A stretch of 64,000 nt of DNA, from assembly GCF_022539665.2 (NCBI RefSeq), contig NC_081333.1, forward strand, positions 3,410,001 through 3,474,000, read 5' to 3'. Position 1 is the stretch's first letter, and each line of letters begins with the position of its first letter. The position numbers and the translations under genes were made by a program. The DNA is from Daphnia carinata. Taxonomy: Eukaryota. Below are positions 28,217-51,089 of this stretch, piece by piece. Under the pieces are notes generated by a model. The model had not been told where the DNA came from and made no database searches. It worked only from the letters and a program-made list of their open reading frames with translations.

Positions 28217-30596
28217 GGCGATGGTGTGTTCACGGCAATGGGCGTATGAATTGTGACGACGAGAACATCAGCTGGAGATTCCAAAAGGCTTGATTGCTAC
28301 GAAGTAGTCACTGGGTCACAGTAAAATCTGGCAATCAATGCGGTCGCCGATGGAAGACTGTGGAACACGTTTAGCCTCATTCTGTTACGATCTGGATTTG
28401 CAAACAGGTTTGACCTTGTATAAGTTAACTTTCATTTTGCCGAATCCCAAAACCTGTCAATAAAAAAAAAAACAGGTCTGAGTGTAGTAAACCAGTTACT
28501 GACGTCTTTTGCTAACATTCTGGAGCTGCATTTTAACAGGATTACAGTACATGTATGTGTAAAGATTGGCAAATCTGTACTTTCACCTTTTGAGATTCAG
28601 AAAAAACCTTTTTACATTCTAGGGTTTCTGACTTCAAAGCAATTGAAACGACCGATGAACTGCATATGTATTATTATGCTAAAAAGAACCAAAAATCTTA
28701 CTTTTTGTAATGAAGTCGATGACAAGGACCTACCCTGGTTTAGAGGTCAAAAGACAAATTCTCAGAAAAATAAAAAAAAACTGGGAGTTACCTGTTGATT
28801 TCCAATCGTTGTTGGAACGGTTTAAGAATTGAGAGGAAACTCCTTCCGCCATAACTGTGAGGCACCCTCAAGCATTTGTGCGCATCCTGTCGACACGCAG
28901 TGTTCCAGTTTGTAATTCGCCCACCGTGAAACTTGTTACTGATAGCATACGACAACACGAATTGATTGACTTACCGGTTTGCTATTAAATTTTGACCTTA
29001 ATCTTAAGGTTTTGCTCTGCTAAATAGAAAATGGAGAAACGGTTTGCTACTTGCAACATCCCTACTTCCGGATTCATGTGGCTGCTACTGACGTAACAGG
29101 ATCCTCAACTTAGCTGGAATAAAAAGAAAAAAATTGTAAATATAATGGCTGTGAGGAACAGGTTTAAAGATCTTAAAAAATTGTGTGGGATTAGAAAGTT
29201 TCTTTTAGGCATCGTTTCATTTCTTAGTATACCGATGATTTCTTGAAAGTTTACTTGCCTTCTAGTTACCGTTCCTGCGTGCAGTACGCATAAAAATAAG
29301 GTTCTAGTATTAGGAGGATACACGAAGAAAATCTTGAGAAACGAACAATTCTTTTTTTCTCGTGTAAATGAGTTCGTGAGTCAGCTTCTTAACTAGCTTT
29401 TGGACAGAATTCGATTTAAATACATTTCTTATTTGAAGCAGAAATAACGGAGAAATCGTGATGACTAAGCGTTTGTTTTGCTGTTTGCTAACTGAGGTTT
29501 AATTCGTAACAGTTGTTGCAAACAGGCTTCATAGCATAAAAAAATTACCCAGCAGCTAACAAAATCGTGGGAACTGTAAACTTCAAAACTACCTTTGACT
29601 GGATAGCGTAGAGCAAAGAAAAAACACAGAAACAGAAACAAAAAAAAGTTCTAAAACGTTCCGAGGCTTCTGGAAATACTCGGCTAGGAATCTGAGTTCA
29701 CATTCGTCTGAACATTTGACAATAAATTTATATTCCTATCTATTTAACAAAACACGTTATGCTAGTCGCCAGTATGACGAATGCATCACAATATGGCATT
29801 TCCAGTAGCCTGGAGTAGTTCGCGAAAGTGTTTGCTACCGGGCAACTCTCTTATTTGCCATAACTACACAGTAACGCATAATGGATAAATACATGGCGTT
29901 ATCATGCACTATCCATTATATGTTATGTGGTTTAAAAGAGTGCATTAGTGAACGGAATACATACCAGCAGGACGGCTGTAACTTGGCTCAAGCAGGTCTC
30001 CTTCTGCACTGTACACCGACTAAATTTCACTGTCAAGCGACAAAATACAGAACAAGCGAAGAAAGATTTTCTGATATTTGACATAACTGAAATTTCAGAT
30101 AAACTTACCATTAACAATCCGTGGAAGGTTGGAACGTTCTAGTCGGAAAACATTAAAACGTTCCGACTTGAAGGACTACAAATTTGGCTTCCGAAATTGT
30201 ACAGCATTCCAATACCTTCTGAAACTTTTGTAACGTGATTCTTTTTTGCAATAACTAAATACGCAAACGTTTTAGTTTCAAGTAAAAATTCAACTAACCA
30301 AAGTAGTAAATTAACAGAAAATCAATTAATTAACTGAAACGGCAACAAGTTTATGGAAATGAAGTTCTATGTATACTGTAAAATTTAGAAATCGGTAATT
30401 TTTTTCTACTGGCCATCCATTGGAGTAAATACGCATGTGTGGATTTGTCAAAACAGGTACAACCATCAATCTATTCCTGTTCCGAACAAAACGGCAACCT
30501 GTAACGGAATCGCAACATTAGCATTGAAAAATGTAAAACGAATTAAAATTTCTATTCTCTTGCCCAATTCGTGTTTGGATATTCCCGACTTCTGAA

Positions 30597-31355
30597 TTAA
30601 GTTTGCTGGTCGAGAAGCGGTTGCTCTTTCATTGCTCCCAGTTCATGATAGAAGCTGTAGATTATCAACCAAAAGTACAACCAAACAGCTTGGATAGGAC
30701 ATTGACATAGAAAAGTATTAGATAAAACTTTCCTATGTAATTTAGTTTAACTTGGTATAACTACCTCCTGAAATGAGACCTGCAGCTATGATTATGTTCC
30801 CGACAATGTCGTCTACACCTGATGTCATTGATTTAACTATAGCCAAATATAAAAAGAATGCAATCACTGTAAGTGATGACAGGATGTTGATCACAAGCAA
30901 AGGCACGAGAAGTCTCGGATTTGGATTTATATTCGACGTAAACAAAACAGGAATTGAAAAAACAATCGCCACTACCGACATGACGACACTCACAATTGGC
31001 AGTTTTGGGTGAGGTTGGTTCTCTGAAACTCAAATAAACGAGACTGGTGATTGCTTTTATTTTTCCTATACAGTACAAAACACTAATTAGTCACCTAACA
31101 GGTAAAGCATCCCCACCTCGAAAATTGAAACTAGAAATTTCGACTAACGCGTAAACGAGTACCGAAACTCCACCCAGCTGAGTACAAAATTGATGAAACA
31201 ACCATTATTATCAATTGCTCTATTTTATAGACATGAAAAGTAAAACATGATGGACAGTAAAACATATTCAGACTTACCAAAAACAGTGAGCCGATTACTT
31301 TGGTGCCAGTTCGAAGTGAGCACCCACAACAGAATTGATCAAGTTTCCAAGACAT
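30597..31355 (-). CDS. Small multi-pass membrane protein, paralog B
   Basis: MSWKLDQFCCGCSLRTGTKVIG, RLLVPLL and YFWLIIYSFYHEL; same exon layout as paralog A. Confidence 0.7.
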
Positions 31356-32241
31356 TTTATTACTACTTGGGTGCTTGTAACCATCGAAATACACAGGCAT
31401 GATGGGTTAAGCTTGTTGAGCCACACTATTCTGGAATGCCCGAAAGAAATAACACATTCAGCAAAGATACACTGTTCAGCAATGACCTAAACACTGCGGC
31501 ATTCTGTTCTCTTTGGTGGTCGCAAATTTGATGTCGCAGACGTCACAATTTTGATCGTCTTTCCCCTGTTTTCTCAAAATTCCCCCATTGGCTGCCTGTG
31601 GGCGGCCATAGAAAGTTCTGGGAAAAGGGGAAGAGTAGGGAATTCCTATTCCCTTCTCCAAACTATCCAACTTCCACGTCATTTTTCCTCCCTGTTTTTG
31701 AGACAGAATTTAAAATTCTGATTTATTAACAAATTCACAGGCGAAGCAAAAAGGGTTATTAAAATTTTTTTTGTTAACTGTACCTTTCCAAAGAAAATTG
31801 TAACCTACCAATTTCAATTGCACGATAATCGACAACATAATTACATTGGAGACGAGCTTAAAGGAAATTCTTTTTAGCTTACTCGGTATAAGAGTTAATA
31901 ATAAATAGACGCCATAATAGATTATCTTATACATCTTTATTTTCACAGCATTTATTCGTTAATACGCAGAAAAATAGTTATCTTCCGTTTTTAGCAACAT
32001 CTGTATGAACGAAAATATCCACACCCGCACGTTGATAATTTGCTAACTTTTCTCTGAAATCGCCAACTACATTATATGCCTAACTATAAAAAAATATGAA
32101 ATTTAGAGAAGTAAATGGGAAAAAATATCTACCAAAACATAATGAGAAAAAGTAAAGGAACAATTCCCTCAGCAGCTGAAATTCTATCACGTACAATTTT
32201 TCATCCTTCACCGACTATAAATTCATTTATGGCAAATTAAG

Positions 32242-34744
32242 TTAGAACAGAGGCGAAAGCAAATGTTTCGCATCGTACCCATCAAAAACTAAAGCCTCAT
32301 CAAGTTTCTGGAATGACGTGAGACATCGGTTACTGATTTGTTCTACAACCAGTGATTGAGCAACAAGATCACGTTGTGTGAGCCAACGCTCGGCGGCCGC
32401 AACATCACTTTCGACTGCCCCACTCCAAGAAGCATGTTCCAGGAGCAAAGCGCCGGCCAGAGTACGAGCCAGGCCAAAAGCAAAGTCACGTGCGACATAC
32501 TCCAACTTGTCCGGGTTATTCTGAGCAAAAGATAGTAATTGGGAACGGTATCGCTCTAGCAGAGAGTAACACTCAGATAGAGACGGGTTTGCGGAAGAAT
32601 CGAGGACACCTTGGATCCTTTGGTAATACGCAATCAGAACTTGTCCTTCAGTTTTAGCCACTGCACGAAGTACATCCAAGCTCAAGATGTTGGTCGTGCC
32701 TTCCCAAATAGGTGTTACCTAAACATAAATTTTCTTTTATCAAAAATCAATTCCAAATTGTTAACACTGCAAGACCAAACCTGAGCGTCACGTAAAATTA
32801 CTGGAATGCCTATCATGAAAACAAAGGGGTAAGTTAACTTGGAATGTATGATGGGAATTCTAGTTGTGCTTTATAACCTGTATCTTCCATGTATCCTTGA
32901 CCCCCGAACGATTCAAGCCCTTCGGAAACAACTTTTATACATTGTTTTCCTGTATACAGTTTGAGGAGTGGGAGAAGCAGACGGAGTAATTGTTGCTGAT
33001 CATTACTGGCTGCTCCACTTTCTTCTAAGCTGAGCAAACGTGCAGCTTCTGCAAACAAGATAAACCCAGCTCTGCATTCTAGTTCCATGTCTGCCAGCGT
33101 GCGGACGTGCAACGGGTGATTACGAATGGGTTTTCCAAATGCAACCCGCCTATTACTATAATCCCGAGCTAAGCTGATGATCCTAGGAGTATCAGGAATG
33201 AAAGTAAAAAAAAGAAATTTAATTTTGATCTTAACGTCCGCAGAGAAGAATTCTGCCACCAAAGTACCGTCGCATTGCCGAGACTGATCCGGATGCATTG
33301 TGTAGTCTAGTAATGTTCAGCATGTGAGAAATTGAAGCAACCCCTCGGCCAGGTGGACTTAATAACTCAGCATTCATCCCATCCAGTAAAAGCTCGCCAG
33401 TAGGCAATTGCTTAGTACCCAATTTTTCCTTCAGGCGGATTAGGTGCAAGTTGCTCGGTTGGTCCACATGGACAAGGAACAATGACAATCCTCTAGTTCC
33501 CTAATAACAAGCAAACTAATAACCTCTCCAGGTGCCACAAAAAGGAAACTTAAATTTACTGCTGTAGTTTTGCCTGTAGATGGATCTACTATGCGAGCCA
33601 ACGTCAAAGCTACATCGGCATCGGTCGCTGAACTGAAAAATTTGTAGCCATAAAGCCTGTACATATTTTTGGAGCTTGGGTCTTGTACTGCCAGAGTTTC
33701 AGTTCCACCCGCCACATCCGAACCACCTGTTGATGAAAGACATTGTCGTTGCAACGTTGCACTTCATAGTAAGACGGGCGAAACATTGCACAGCACCTCT
33801 TTTTTCCGTCATCCACTGGCCAGATGTCCAAAATCTCTCCGGATCCCTTGATGTTAAATTCCTATAAGCTTCATGATCTTTCAATCCACTCACCTGTTTA
33901 TAATAATCAGTATATATGGTGGTATATTTGTCCACTGCCTAAATAACATCCTTTTATTTACCTCTAAAGTTTTCGCAGCCCCATCGGTCATTGCTAAAGG
34001 GCAGCTATAGAGTCCTGATGAAGGATAATAGAGATAATTTTTTGACATCTGAATTAAGCGGCTAAACCCTTGGTGCTTTGGATTCCTCTCATATGCTAGT
34101 GCAACAATGCCCTCTCTAGCAGACAATCTTTTCAGTTCCTTCCAAGATTCACAAGTAACTGGATTATTTCAAGCAATAAACATCAGTACTGAAAACCAGA
34201 GGTGTCTAATTATACAATATACTGACCAACTCTGTTATGAGGATTTGCCCAGGCATCTTTAAGCTTCATATATGGAGGATTCAGTTCACATTCTCTACCC
34301 AACCTGTTTCCAATTAAATGTTATAGCTTCTTAATAAGATTAACTAAGACCCTTAATGAGGTAAAAATCTATAAAACCTGTAGATGTCTGTAGCTACACG
34401 AGCACCAAAGACTGACAATTCCTTTTTCACATCACTGTACACCTAGCATCAAATAATGAACAAAATGTTGTGTACAGAGCGGAAAAATGTATGGGAAAAG
34501 TAAATGCGAAAGCATTATTACTCACTTCATTCGGCAAAAGACGCTCTAAGTTTCTCTTTAGGAATGCGTCCCCTTCAAAAGAATTTTCCAGATGTGGTGC
34601 ATCCTGTACAAAACTCCCCTCTTTGGCTTTGGCAAATGGAATACCGACGGAGGTATTACAATTAATAGAAGTTAAGCTAAGATGTTTAATTGGGAATGTA
34701 TACAAGACGGGAGATGCAATTTTTTTTTGTAGAACCGAAAACAT
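32242..34744 (-). CDS. Acyl-CoA dehydrogenase, AidB/acdh-11 type, multi-exon
   Basis: [73 protein letters not shown] and [40 protein letters not shown]. Confidence 0.9.
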
Positions 34745-35139
34745 GCTTGAGAAACTAGACTACAACGAATGCAAACAATTGACAGCACGCCGAAAGAAAT
34801 CAAATAGCAGCAGACGAAATCTTAAAACAATAAACCAATAAGAGTTTCACCGTAGAACCTCCTAGATATCGTTTCTCCTAGCAACGTGAACGTCGTAATG
34901 GTTGTAAGAAAGGTTATAAGAAAGGTTTTGCCTTCACCTATCGAACCCTACGTTAAAGAAGATCTTACCTTGTCTTGTTAAGCAAGACAAAGAAAAAGCA
35001 AAAAAACACCCCTTTAACTCCAAAACAACTGATGAAAACTATATTTCCTTTAATAAAACGTGGCTCACTAGGAAATCCTACACAAGGAGTGTTACCCCGT
35101 CTCTATTCAACAAGTGCAGACTGCAGCCTACTTGCCAGG

Positions 35140-35859
35140 TTAACATTCGCCAAATTTCATCTCATTCTCTTCGTCGCATTTCACTAACTTCTTCCCAGTC
35201 GCGACTAGTTCTTGGTAATAACTGTAGATTACCAACCAGGAATAGGAAACTATGGCTGTGGAAATATTACAGAAAAACATTAAACTATATAGCAGATTGG
35301 AGTAAAAACTGTCAACATGTTTACCTGTTGCAATAAAGGCACCAGCAAAGTACACAATACCACTGGAACTGCCATTACCTCTTATTGACATAATACCCAT
35401 GTAGGACACGAAGGCAATGCCTACAGTTAAAGATACGGATTTTAATACGAGCCAAGGTACGATGAGCACAGGATGGCGGTTGTTCCAGGCGGCTACTTGT
35501 ACAGAAACAGTGGCTGCCATCGCAGCAATTGATCCGATCATCCAGCTGATGGAGTCGAGAAGCATACGGTCTCCTACGACACAACAGTAAGAAGAACATT
35601 TCAATTATATCAACACATTTAAGTTAGCAATTAATGTATCTTCATTGTACCATCATCTCGATCGAAACTTGCAAGCATCTGACTAAAAGCCTGAATAAAT
35701 CCTCCAGTTGCACCTATCTGCCAACAGAAAAATCAAAATTTTAAAATGCGAAACAAAAGGAATATTTGAGCGTATTACCAAAAACCATACGCCAATCACT
35801 TTGGTTCCTGTTTGGAGCGAGCAACCGCAACAGCATTGAGTCAATTTGCACAGTGCCAT
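35140..35859 (-). CDS. Small multi-pass membrane protein, paralog C
   Basis: MALCKLTQCCCGCSLQTGTKVIG, LIVPWL and YSWLVIYSYYQEL. Confidence 0.72.
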
Positions 35860-36860
35860 GTTAGGTGGTATGGCAAAACTGGAGCAGCACTCACTAAACC
35901 AACACCGGTTACCAGTGGGAGAGGCAGTAGATTTTCCAAGATATATAGATTTCTTTTCCTGACCCTGCCTGTTTTAACAGTGTGACACGTGTCGCATTTT
36001 TATGTACGTAGAGAAGAGGAAAATTCAAGGTTAGCAAAATTTTTGTCAATTTCTCTTTTTCTTTCCCTTACCTTCCACACATAACTATGAAAATGGAAAC
36101 CCGGTTTCCTCTTTTATCTTTCGATTCTTCTCCCCCGCCCCTCGTCTATGGAAAGGGTTACGTATTACCTTGCCCTTACCCCGGTCTCTTTTTCAAGTGA
36201 CACAATATAGGAACAGTTAATATTATGGGCGTTTTTGTGCCGCTTTCTCACATTTTGTGATTTGAAGAAGAGACCTGGAATGTTTTAAAGCTCAGACTGG
36301 CGATTCATGCCCTTTTTTAATTGATTATTTTATAGAACATTTGAGATATACGAAAATGGTTAATTACATACTTTCGATTCATTTGACACACTGTGAGCAG
36401 GAGATAATTTCCTTTAACACAGATACGCGAAGACAAATAGTACAACAGGAGCAGCCGAATGCAAGTCAATAAACAATTATGGAAACAAAACAACAATACA
36501 TCACGAACTTTAACTTAGATAAATAAGTTCAAGGTTGGAAAGTAAATTTCACTAGATACTATTGGTCTCCATAGAAATCAGGTCCTTCCACATGACAGGA
36601 AAATGTTGGAGCCACTGTTAGGTTTGCAAAGGGTTGTTTTCTACCCCTTTCCTTTCGCTTGCAAACAAAAAATGTTTCTACTTGCCGTTGCAGTTATATG
36701 ATAACCGTGGGCGAAAATCGTAGCGGTTTCCAATATTTTCACTTCGTCTGCCATTTTCGCCAGTCACCACACACTTACAGACTTATAATAAAAGCAGAAT
36801 AAATAATATCTGTATAGCTAAGGCTGTATAACGGAACATTATGGATGGTTTTGCTACGAA

Positions 36861-37578
36861 CTAGAAGATGAATTGAGTGAACTTCTTTTCGTGTTGAGTT
36901 TTCTCTAGCTGTTGATAGTAGCAGTAGACCACCAGCCAGAATAAAATCGCTGCCAAAATGTGTTACAAATGTGGGCAAAGAGAAATTAGTAGAACATAGT
37001 TAAAAAATCAAAAAAGATAAACGAAGTCCTACCGACGATGCTGCTAGGACCAATGCAAGCTACCAGATTTAACAGGAGATAAATGATATTTATTCCAATG
37101 GTGAATATCGATGCTCCAACAGTAAGCCAGGGCAGAAGAAGCTTTTGATTACGGTTTTTTACAGCAGCAACCAGAAGCAAAACTGAACAAACAATCATGT
37201 TCAGCCCCATGACAACCAATATCAAGAACATGGATAGGAACTTCATGTTCCCTGGAATCGAAAAGAATATTATATCACATTTGTTTAGCAAAAATCAAAA
37301 TCTAAAAATGAGTAAATCAACGATTAAATCACGTGTGACATCGCAGTAAACCTGTGTAGTATGGCAAGAAGAAGGTGGCACCAAACGAAGCAAGAATAAG
37401 GGCCGTAATTCCCAGAGTCTGCGAAGAATTTCGTACGTCCATTTGTTGAAACAGAAACGTTAGATTTCGGTGAATCCCCATCACGGTTATTAATTACCAC
37501 GCATAAAACGCCAACAATAATGGCGCCTAGTCGTAGCCAAGGCTCGTGAGTACAGCACTGGTTCAGATTGCCGCACAT
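36861..37578 (-). CDS. Small multi-pass membrane protein, divergent paralog D
   Basis: MCGNLNQCCTHEPWLRLGAIIVG, KLLLPWL and WLVVYCYYQQL. Confidence 0.62.
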
Positions 37579-38076
37579 GTTGGCTGCAGCCTAGATGGAA
37601 AGAAGAAATTTCGTACACTAAACTCAAGAAGTTCATGGGAATGACTGATTCCCTAGCAGACTTTCCCATGCCAATAACTTGGGAAAAAAATAGGTTAACC
37701 TTTCAATCAAAAATAGTAAAAGTTGAAAGTGGTTGTACAGGTAGTTTTCGTTTTTTAACTGGTTTTCTCGTCCAAACTCTGCCAAAGAAACGTACTAACA
37801 TATACTGTAGATAGATGCTTGCCAATTGAAAATAAACAAAAATTGGATACTGCAAATGGAAATAAAATGTTTGCTCTATTGTATTCTGCGAATCATTTTA
37901 CAGATACAACTGGGAAACGAATCAAAGTAATAAGAATTGGAAAGCAAAACACAGACACCGATAAGGTAGGAGTTGTAGTTTTACTTTTAACATCTCTCTT
38001 GTCCTTGAACGTGTATGTGGGGATTTACCCGGGATGAATACAAAATGACCACACAGACAAAAGTGATTGAAGATAC

Positions 38077-46209
<8,133 letters not shown>

Positions 46210-46847
46210 CCTGAGTTAATTTTTGGGCTTCGGCCCTTTAATAATAACAAGAAAGTTAGAATATGCAATTCAACAACTTTAAGCCTGCATAGATCTAGAC
46301 ACATGCAAGCATGTCAACTTTCATTAAGCTAGACCATTCTGTATAACATTCATTTGTCTTTGTACGACTGTTGTAACCAACACTACCATTTGGGAAACAG
46401 AATTAGTGCAGAAAGATTAAAATGCCTACCGATTGATCTATAAAACTAAACACAATCTATAAAACAGTACCAATCACACGTTCCTTTTACAATGAAAGCC
46501 ACGAAAGTATACGCTGCTTGTACGAAGTAGCGAGGCGCCGATGCCGGGTGACAGAGTTGCCGCAGATGAAAGATAGATAGAAATGAAAATATTTTGAAAA
46601 TCCATAACTGGCAATGCAGGATGTGTCGGGATGTTTTTTTTCTGAATTTCTAACATTTATTTATCTTATTATTGTCATGCTTATACGAATATGATATCGC
46701 GTTCTTCGGATTTCCATAGTTATCACAAAGGAGCATAATAGTGCAATCTAATATCTTAAGTCAGTTTCAAGTACGGCCGTCTGCGCTTATGTACACCTTG
46801 AAACCCTTACACCAGGGTAGTTCTTATACCAACCGATAACCACAATC

Positions 46848-47446
46848 ATGGAGGTTTTTAAAATATCCGATTTGTAAGAAATTACTGCCATAAACTACAA
46901 TTCATTTGATGAATTTAGGTTCTTGCAATTAAATTGGTTGAAGGTCTCCTTGAAGAGTTATCCAAGACAAATGCTCTTTATGTTTCCATTGCTGGACCGC
47001 TGAAAGATTCTGCTACAGTTGCTTTACCTACATTTATCGGTGGCTCAGTTCTTGGTCCTGCTGGTGCTGTAGTAGGTACTAGGTTGAACAATTTTGTCAT
47101 TTTAATATATTGCCATACATTACTTGATTGTCCATGTATTTTTGTCTTTAAAGGAGCTATGGTAGGAACAGGAATCCTTGGCATATCAAAGGCCCTAGGA
47201 TATGGTAATTACAAGCCATTAATGACTGCTTTGAAGGAAGATTTTACAGAGCAAGAGAGGAACAACCTCTACAAGAGATTGTGGGAAAGACTACAAGGAT
47301 TTGTATCATCTCCTTTGAATCACACCATGGCCTATACAGCTTTAACTGCCTTAAGTAAAAATATAGAAGAGAATCCAGAAGCAATGGAAAATATCAGGAA
47401 TGAGCTTAAAGAAGCTCTTGGTAAAAAGAACATGAGTTTGTGTTGA
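46848..47446 (+). CDS. C19orf12/Nazo-family glycine-zipper membrane protein, 3 exons
   Basis: Spliced product MEVLAIKLVEGLLEELSKTNALYVSI...FIGGSVLGPAGAVVGAMVG...GNYKPLMTALKEDFTEQERNNL resembles the C19orf12 pattern (GG..GGPPG.AVGG.VG...G.FKPV..IL...EQQRL). Confidence 0.7.
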
Positions 47447-48266
47447 AAATCATGGTATTTGTTGCCATTTGATTCAGCCATTATTTTGGGAAAAAATTAT
47501 GGTTGTTTAATTTGTGATATTGCAGAGACTAAAGCCTTCACAATTTAATTTGAGCTTTTATAGCATTTAGTTGAACCTAAATGCATTTGATTAGATCCCA
47601 GTTCAAGAAACTTGAAAAAAAAAAAATTATGATCTGTGTTACCTAAAGAGTTTTTTTCTTTATTTATGTAATACACTAAAGTTTTGCTTGATATTGCTGT
47701 TATTTTTGTTCGTGGTTTTAAAGTAGGATTTAAAGATTCTTTTTTTTTGCTTATCGATACTTTTGTCTTCGAATTTATTACCTTTTCAGATTAGAATCGA
47801 TATAAATCTATCGCAGTATTCAAATTTACGGTTTTATTCATCAGGTGGTTCTGTTTCCAGTACGCATGCCACAGGGCCCAAGGCGTCAAGGTTATGTCTT
47901 TTGAAGAAGTTTACCCGCGAGCATTGTTTGTGTTAGAGCAATGTCTCAAAAGCTAAGTTGTAAAGTCATGGGAATGTAATCAGTCCCAAGGTTTATCTCG
48001 TTCCAACATATATCTTGGCATTTGATTGCGAAATGCCCAAACAAAGTCCCGTTCCCTGTGTCATTTCTTTCTTTCTTTCAAATAAAGAGATTCACGTTGC
48101 AATCAGTGCACCTCTTCGTTCGGTAGTTAAGCAGGCAATCATCTTTTACTTTGTTTTTTCTCGTTGATCTTAGCTGCCTTTACAGTCGTTCACGACAGGT
48201 AATACTGTATAGTTGCCAAATATCTGTTACTTATGCCAAAATCTTATGTTTTCTTGCAGAGAAAAG

Positions 48267-50098
48267 ATGTTTGATCTTATAGAATCAGATGCTACTCTCT
48301 TGTTGGATGACTTTCCCAGACCTCAAACAAGGATAACCGAGTCATTGTCTTTGATTGAACATACTTTGGAATGGTATGATCATATTTCTTGTGCATTTTT
48401 ACTGTATGAAGACCCTCTCGAAGCTTTGGAAAAAATTTCGACACTACGTGAAAGTTACAACACCAAATCGGAATGGCGTCACATAATTCTGACTCCACTT
48501 TTTCATTGCAACAAGGAGGATGGTCTAAACAGCAACATGTCGGAAAAATTGACCGAAGTCCTTCTCGTGGTAAAGCACTACGGATTATTAAACATGCTAG
48601 AAATAGCCGTCAATTCCACTGTTCACATCGATCAACTACGTTTAAAGCTCTTCGATTTCATTGACGAAATGAACGAAGAGCAAGCAACGAAATGGGTTGA
48701 ACAGATGATTTCTGAGAGAGGATTTCCCAAAAATGACCCGTCGTGGTGCCTTGAAATGCATTGCCTCAAATGGATTGCGGAAGGCAACATTTCTAGACAT
48801 GACGATCTTTCTAACATTTTAACGAAACCTACAACAGAAAGCCGGCCATTGGAGAAGCTCAAAGTAGACTTACCCCTACCACTTGTTACTGGCATCGAGG
48901 CAAAATCCCCATTAAAGCCTGAAGTCTCGCCAGCAGGTCCCAGCAAATTCGAAATTTCACGTGGACTTTGCATAATCATCAATCAAATGAGATTCTATGT
49001 CGATCAAGACCTTCCTCAACCCGTAAGACACAACGTGTGCTAGGCAATAGCGTTTTCAACGTCTAAAAACATGCGATTTTACGTTACAGAGAACAAGGGG
49101 GAACCTTACCTTCCGTTACGGATCAGATGCTGATCGTGATAAACTGTCGGAAACGTTCCGAATACTTGGTCATGACGTTGAAATTTACGAAAATCTAAGC
49201 AAGAACGCCTTACTAACGACAATGGAAAACATTTCGAAATACGACTTTAAACAGTACGACAGTCTGGTCATGTGTTTCTTGACGCACGGCGACAAGGGGA
49301 TCATTTTCACTGCAGATTCCATACCAATCTCGTTAGATTTAATCAAATCTTACTTTGATGGAGATCGCTGTCCCCATCTCTTAGAAAAACCGAAATTATT
49401 TTTCTTACAAGCCTGCCAAGGACAAGAAAATCAAAGTAAAGTGTTAGTCTATTTACGATCAGAAAGCAGAAGTGCTAATTCAGTTTGTTTGAACAGGACG
49501 GATCTGCTATGACGACATTCAACATGACAGTGTTGTCCGACCGTCCGTTTCGAACTTTTTCGAAGCGTGGGCTACCGTGCCAGGTTTCTTGTCGTATCGA
49601 TCTACTCACAAAGGTAAACGGCTTTGTTACAAGCATCGTTCAATCAGAATGGCTTGTCTGTTTTGGCGCCAATAAAAGAATTGATTGATAATTTCAGGTG
49701 CTGTCTTTGTCGGTGAATTATGCCACGTCCTTCAGACGCACGCACACAAAGAAAGCTATGGATTGTTGGACTTGATGACTGAAGTGAATGACCGCGTGAG
49801 TCGATGGGAAACCCCGGGCTTTAGGGTACAAATGCCTTGTATCGTATCCTGCCTTACACGTAAGTAACCGGCATTGTTTCATTAAAAACAGATCAATCAC
49901 GTGCATTTAATTGTTATTACAACGCATTTCTTTAAAGGCGGTATACATTTTAAGCGGAACGAAGAGAAGCTCGTCGAAGCTGTTGTGGACCAATTGGAAA
50001 GGGAACTAATGAATTTAGCCATTATGTCAGCTACCCGTTACATGTGGAAAACGGATCCCGCTACCCTCCAGAAAACCATGAATACGTGGAGCTCCTAA
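48267..50098 (+). CDS. Initiator caspase, caspase-8/Dredd-like, long prodomain, multi-exon
   Basis: RGLCIIINQ, FRYGSDADRDKL, CFLTHG, KPKLFFLQACQG (49408-49422), WATVPGFLSYR and QMPCIVSCLT, preceded by a helical prodomain of about 220 aa. Confidence 0.88.
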
Positions 50099-50358
50099 CT
50101 GTTATTATGGTACCAATATCTTCGTTGTTTTACATCCATTCTCGTTCTTTCCAAGTTACGATTTGCCAGAACTTTTGCTAATACAGATCATTATTCTGAC
50201 TTCAATATTTCTTAAACTGTTTGGAGAAATTTGGGATCAAGGAAATTTACGAACATTACGCGCAAGTATTTAAAGATCGATCACTTGATTACAGACTTAG
50301 TGGAATTTTGATTTCGAAAGAAATACCTTTGATGTTCAGTTAACTGAAAGCTCTTCGT

Positions 50359-51089
50359 TTACATGGCAACCATTTCGGCTGTTGTTGCCCCTTTGCAGGT
50401 CGATTCGTGATGTCGAAGTTCTCGATAGTAACACAAGACGATCCACCACAAATAAGTTTCCAATCCTATAGTTTGGAAAATGTACGCACAAGTATTCCCG
50501 TTTAAATCTGTTATACACTTGTCTTCTAAATTCTCAACTTACCAATAAAGCACGACATGATGAAGACGGTAGAAACTCCATGGGCGATGTTGGAATTGAT
50601 TGCAAGCATAATGCCAGAGATTAGGATAATGGCATGGATAGATCTCATTACCATGTCACCTACGAGCCACGGTACCAACAAGATGGGACGACAGTTGCTG
50701 AAAACCACTTGTAGCAGCAACACGCAACAAGCTAGAAGGGCAGAGCTAACAACCACGCTGGAAATGATGATGAAAACCTCCACAGTATCTAGCGAACCTG
50801 AATGAAAAACAACACGAAAATTCCACATTTTAACCTTAGTTTTGGCAAAGATTCAGCAAACCGATTGTAAAAGGACATTGTCATACCGTCTTCCAAATCC
50901 AAACTACTTGATTGCATCATACTAATGACAAGTTGAATTAAATAGCCAACCTATTGGAGGTTAAGAATAGAATGTATAAAAGTTTTTCAGTAACTGACGT
51001 CAGCTGCTTACCAATGAAAAAAAGCCAATGATTTTCGTTCCCAATTGTAACGAAAGACCACAACAGCGTGTTTTCACCCTTCGTGTCAT
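50359..51089 (-). CDS. Small multi-pass membrane protein, paralog E
   Basis: MTRRVKTRCCGLSLQLGTKIIG, ILLVPWL and YLWWIVLCYYREL. Confidence 0.7.

Noticed and set aside
29645..30170. Imperfect inverted AACGTTCC-containing repeats, possible MITE
   Set aside because: The repeats are short and mismatched, with no clear target-site duplication or transposase remnant.
31622..31659. GGGAATTCC kB-like site within an imperfect purine/pyrimidine palindrome upstream of paralog B
   Set aside because: A single short match that is expected by chance.
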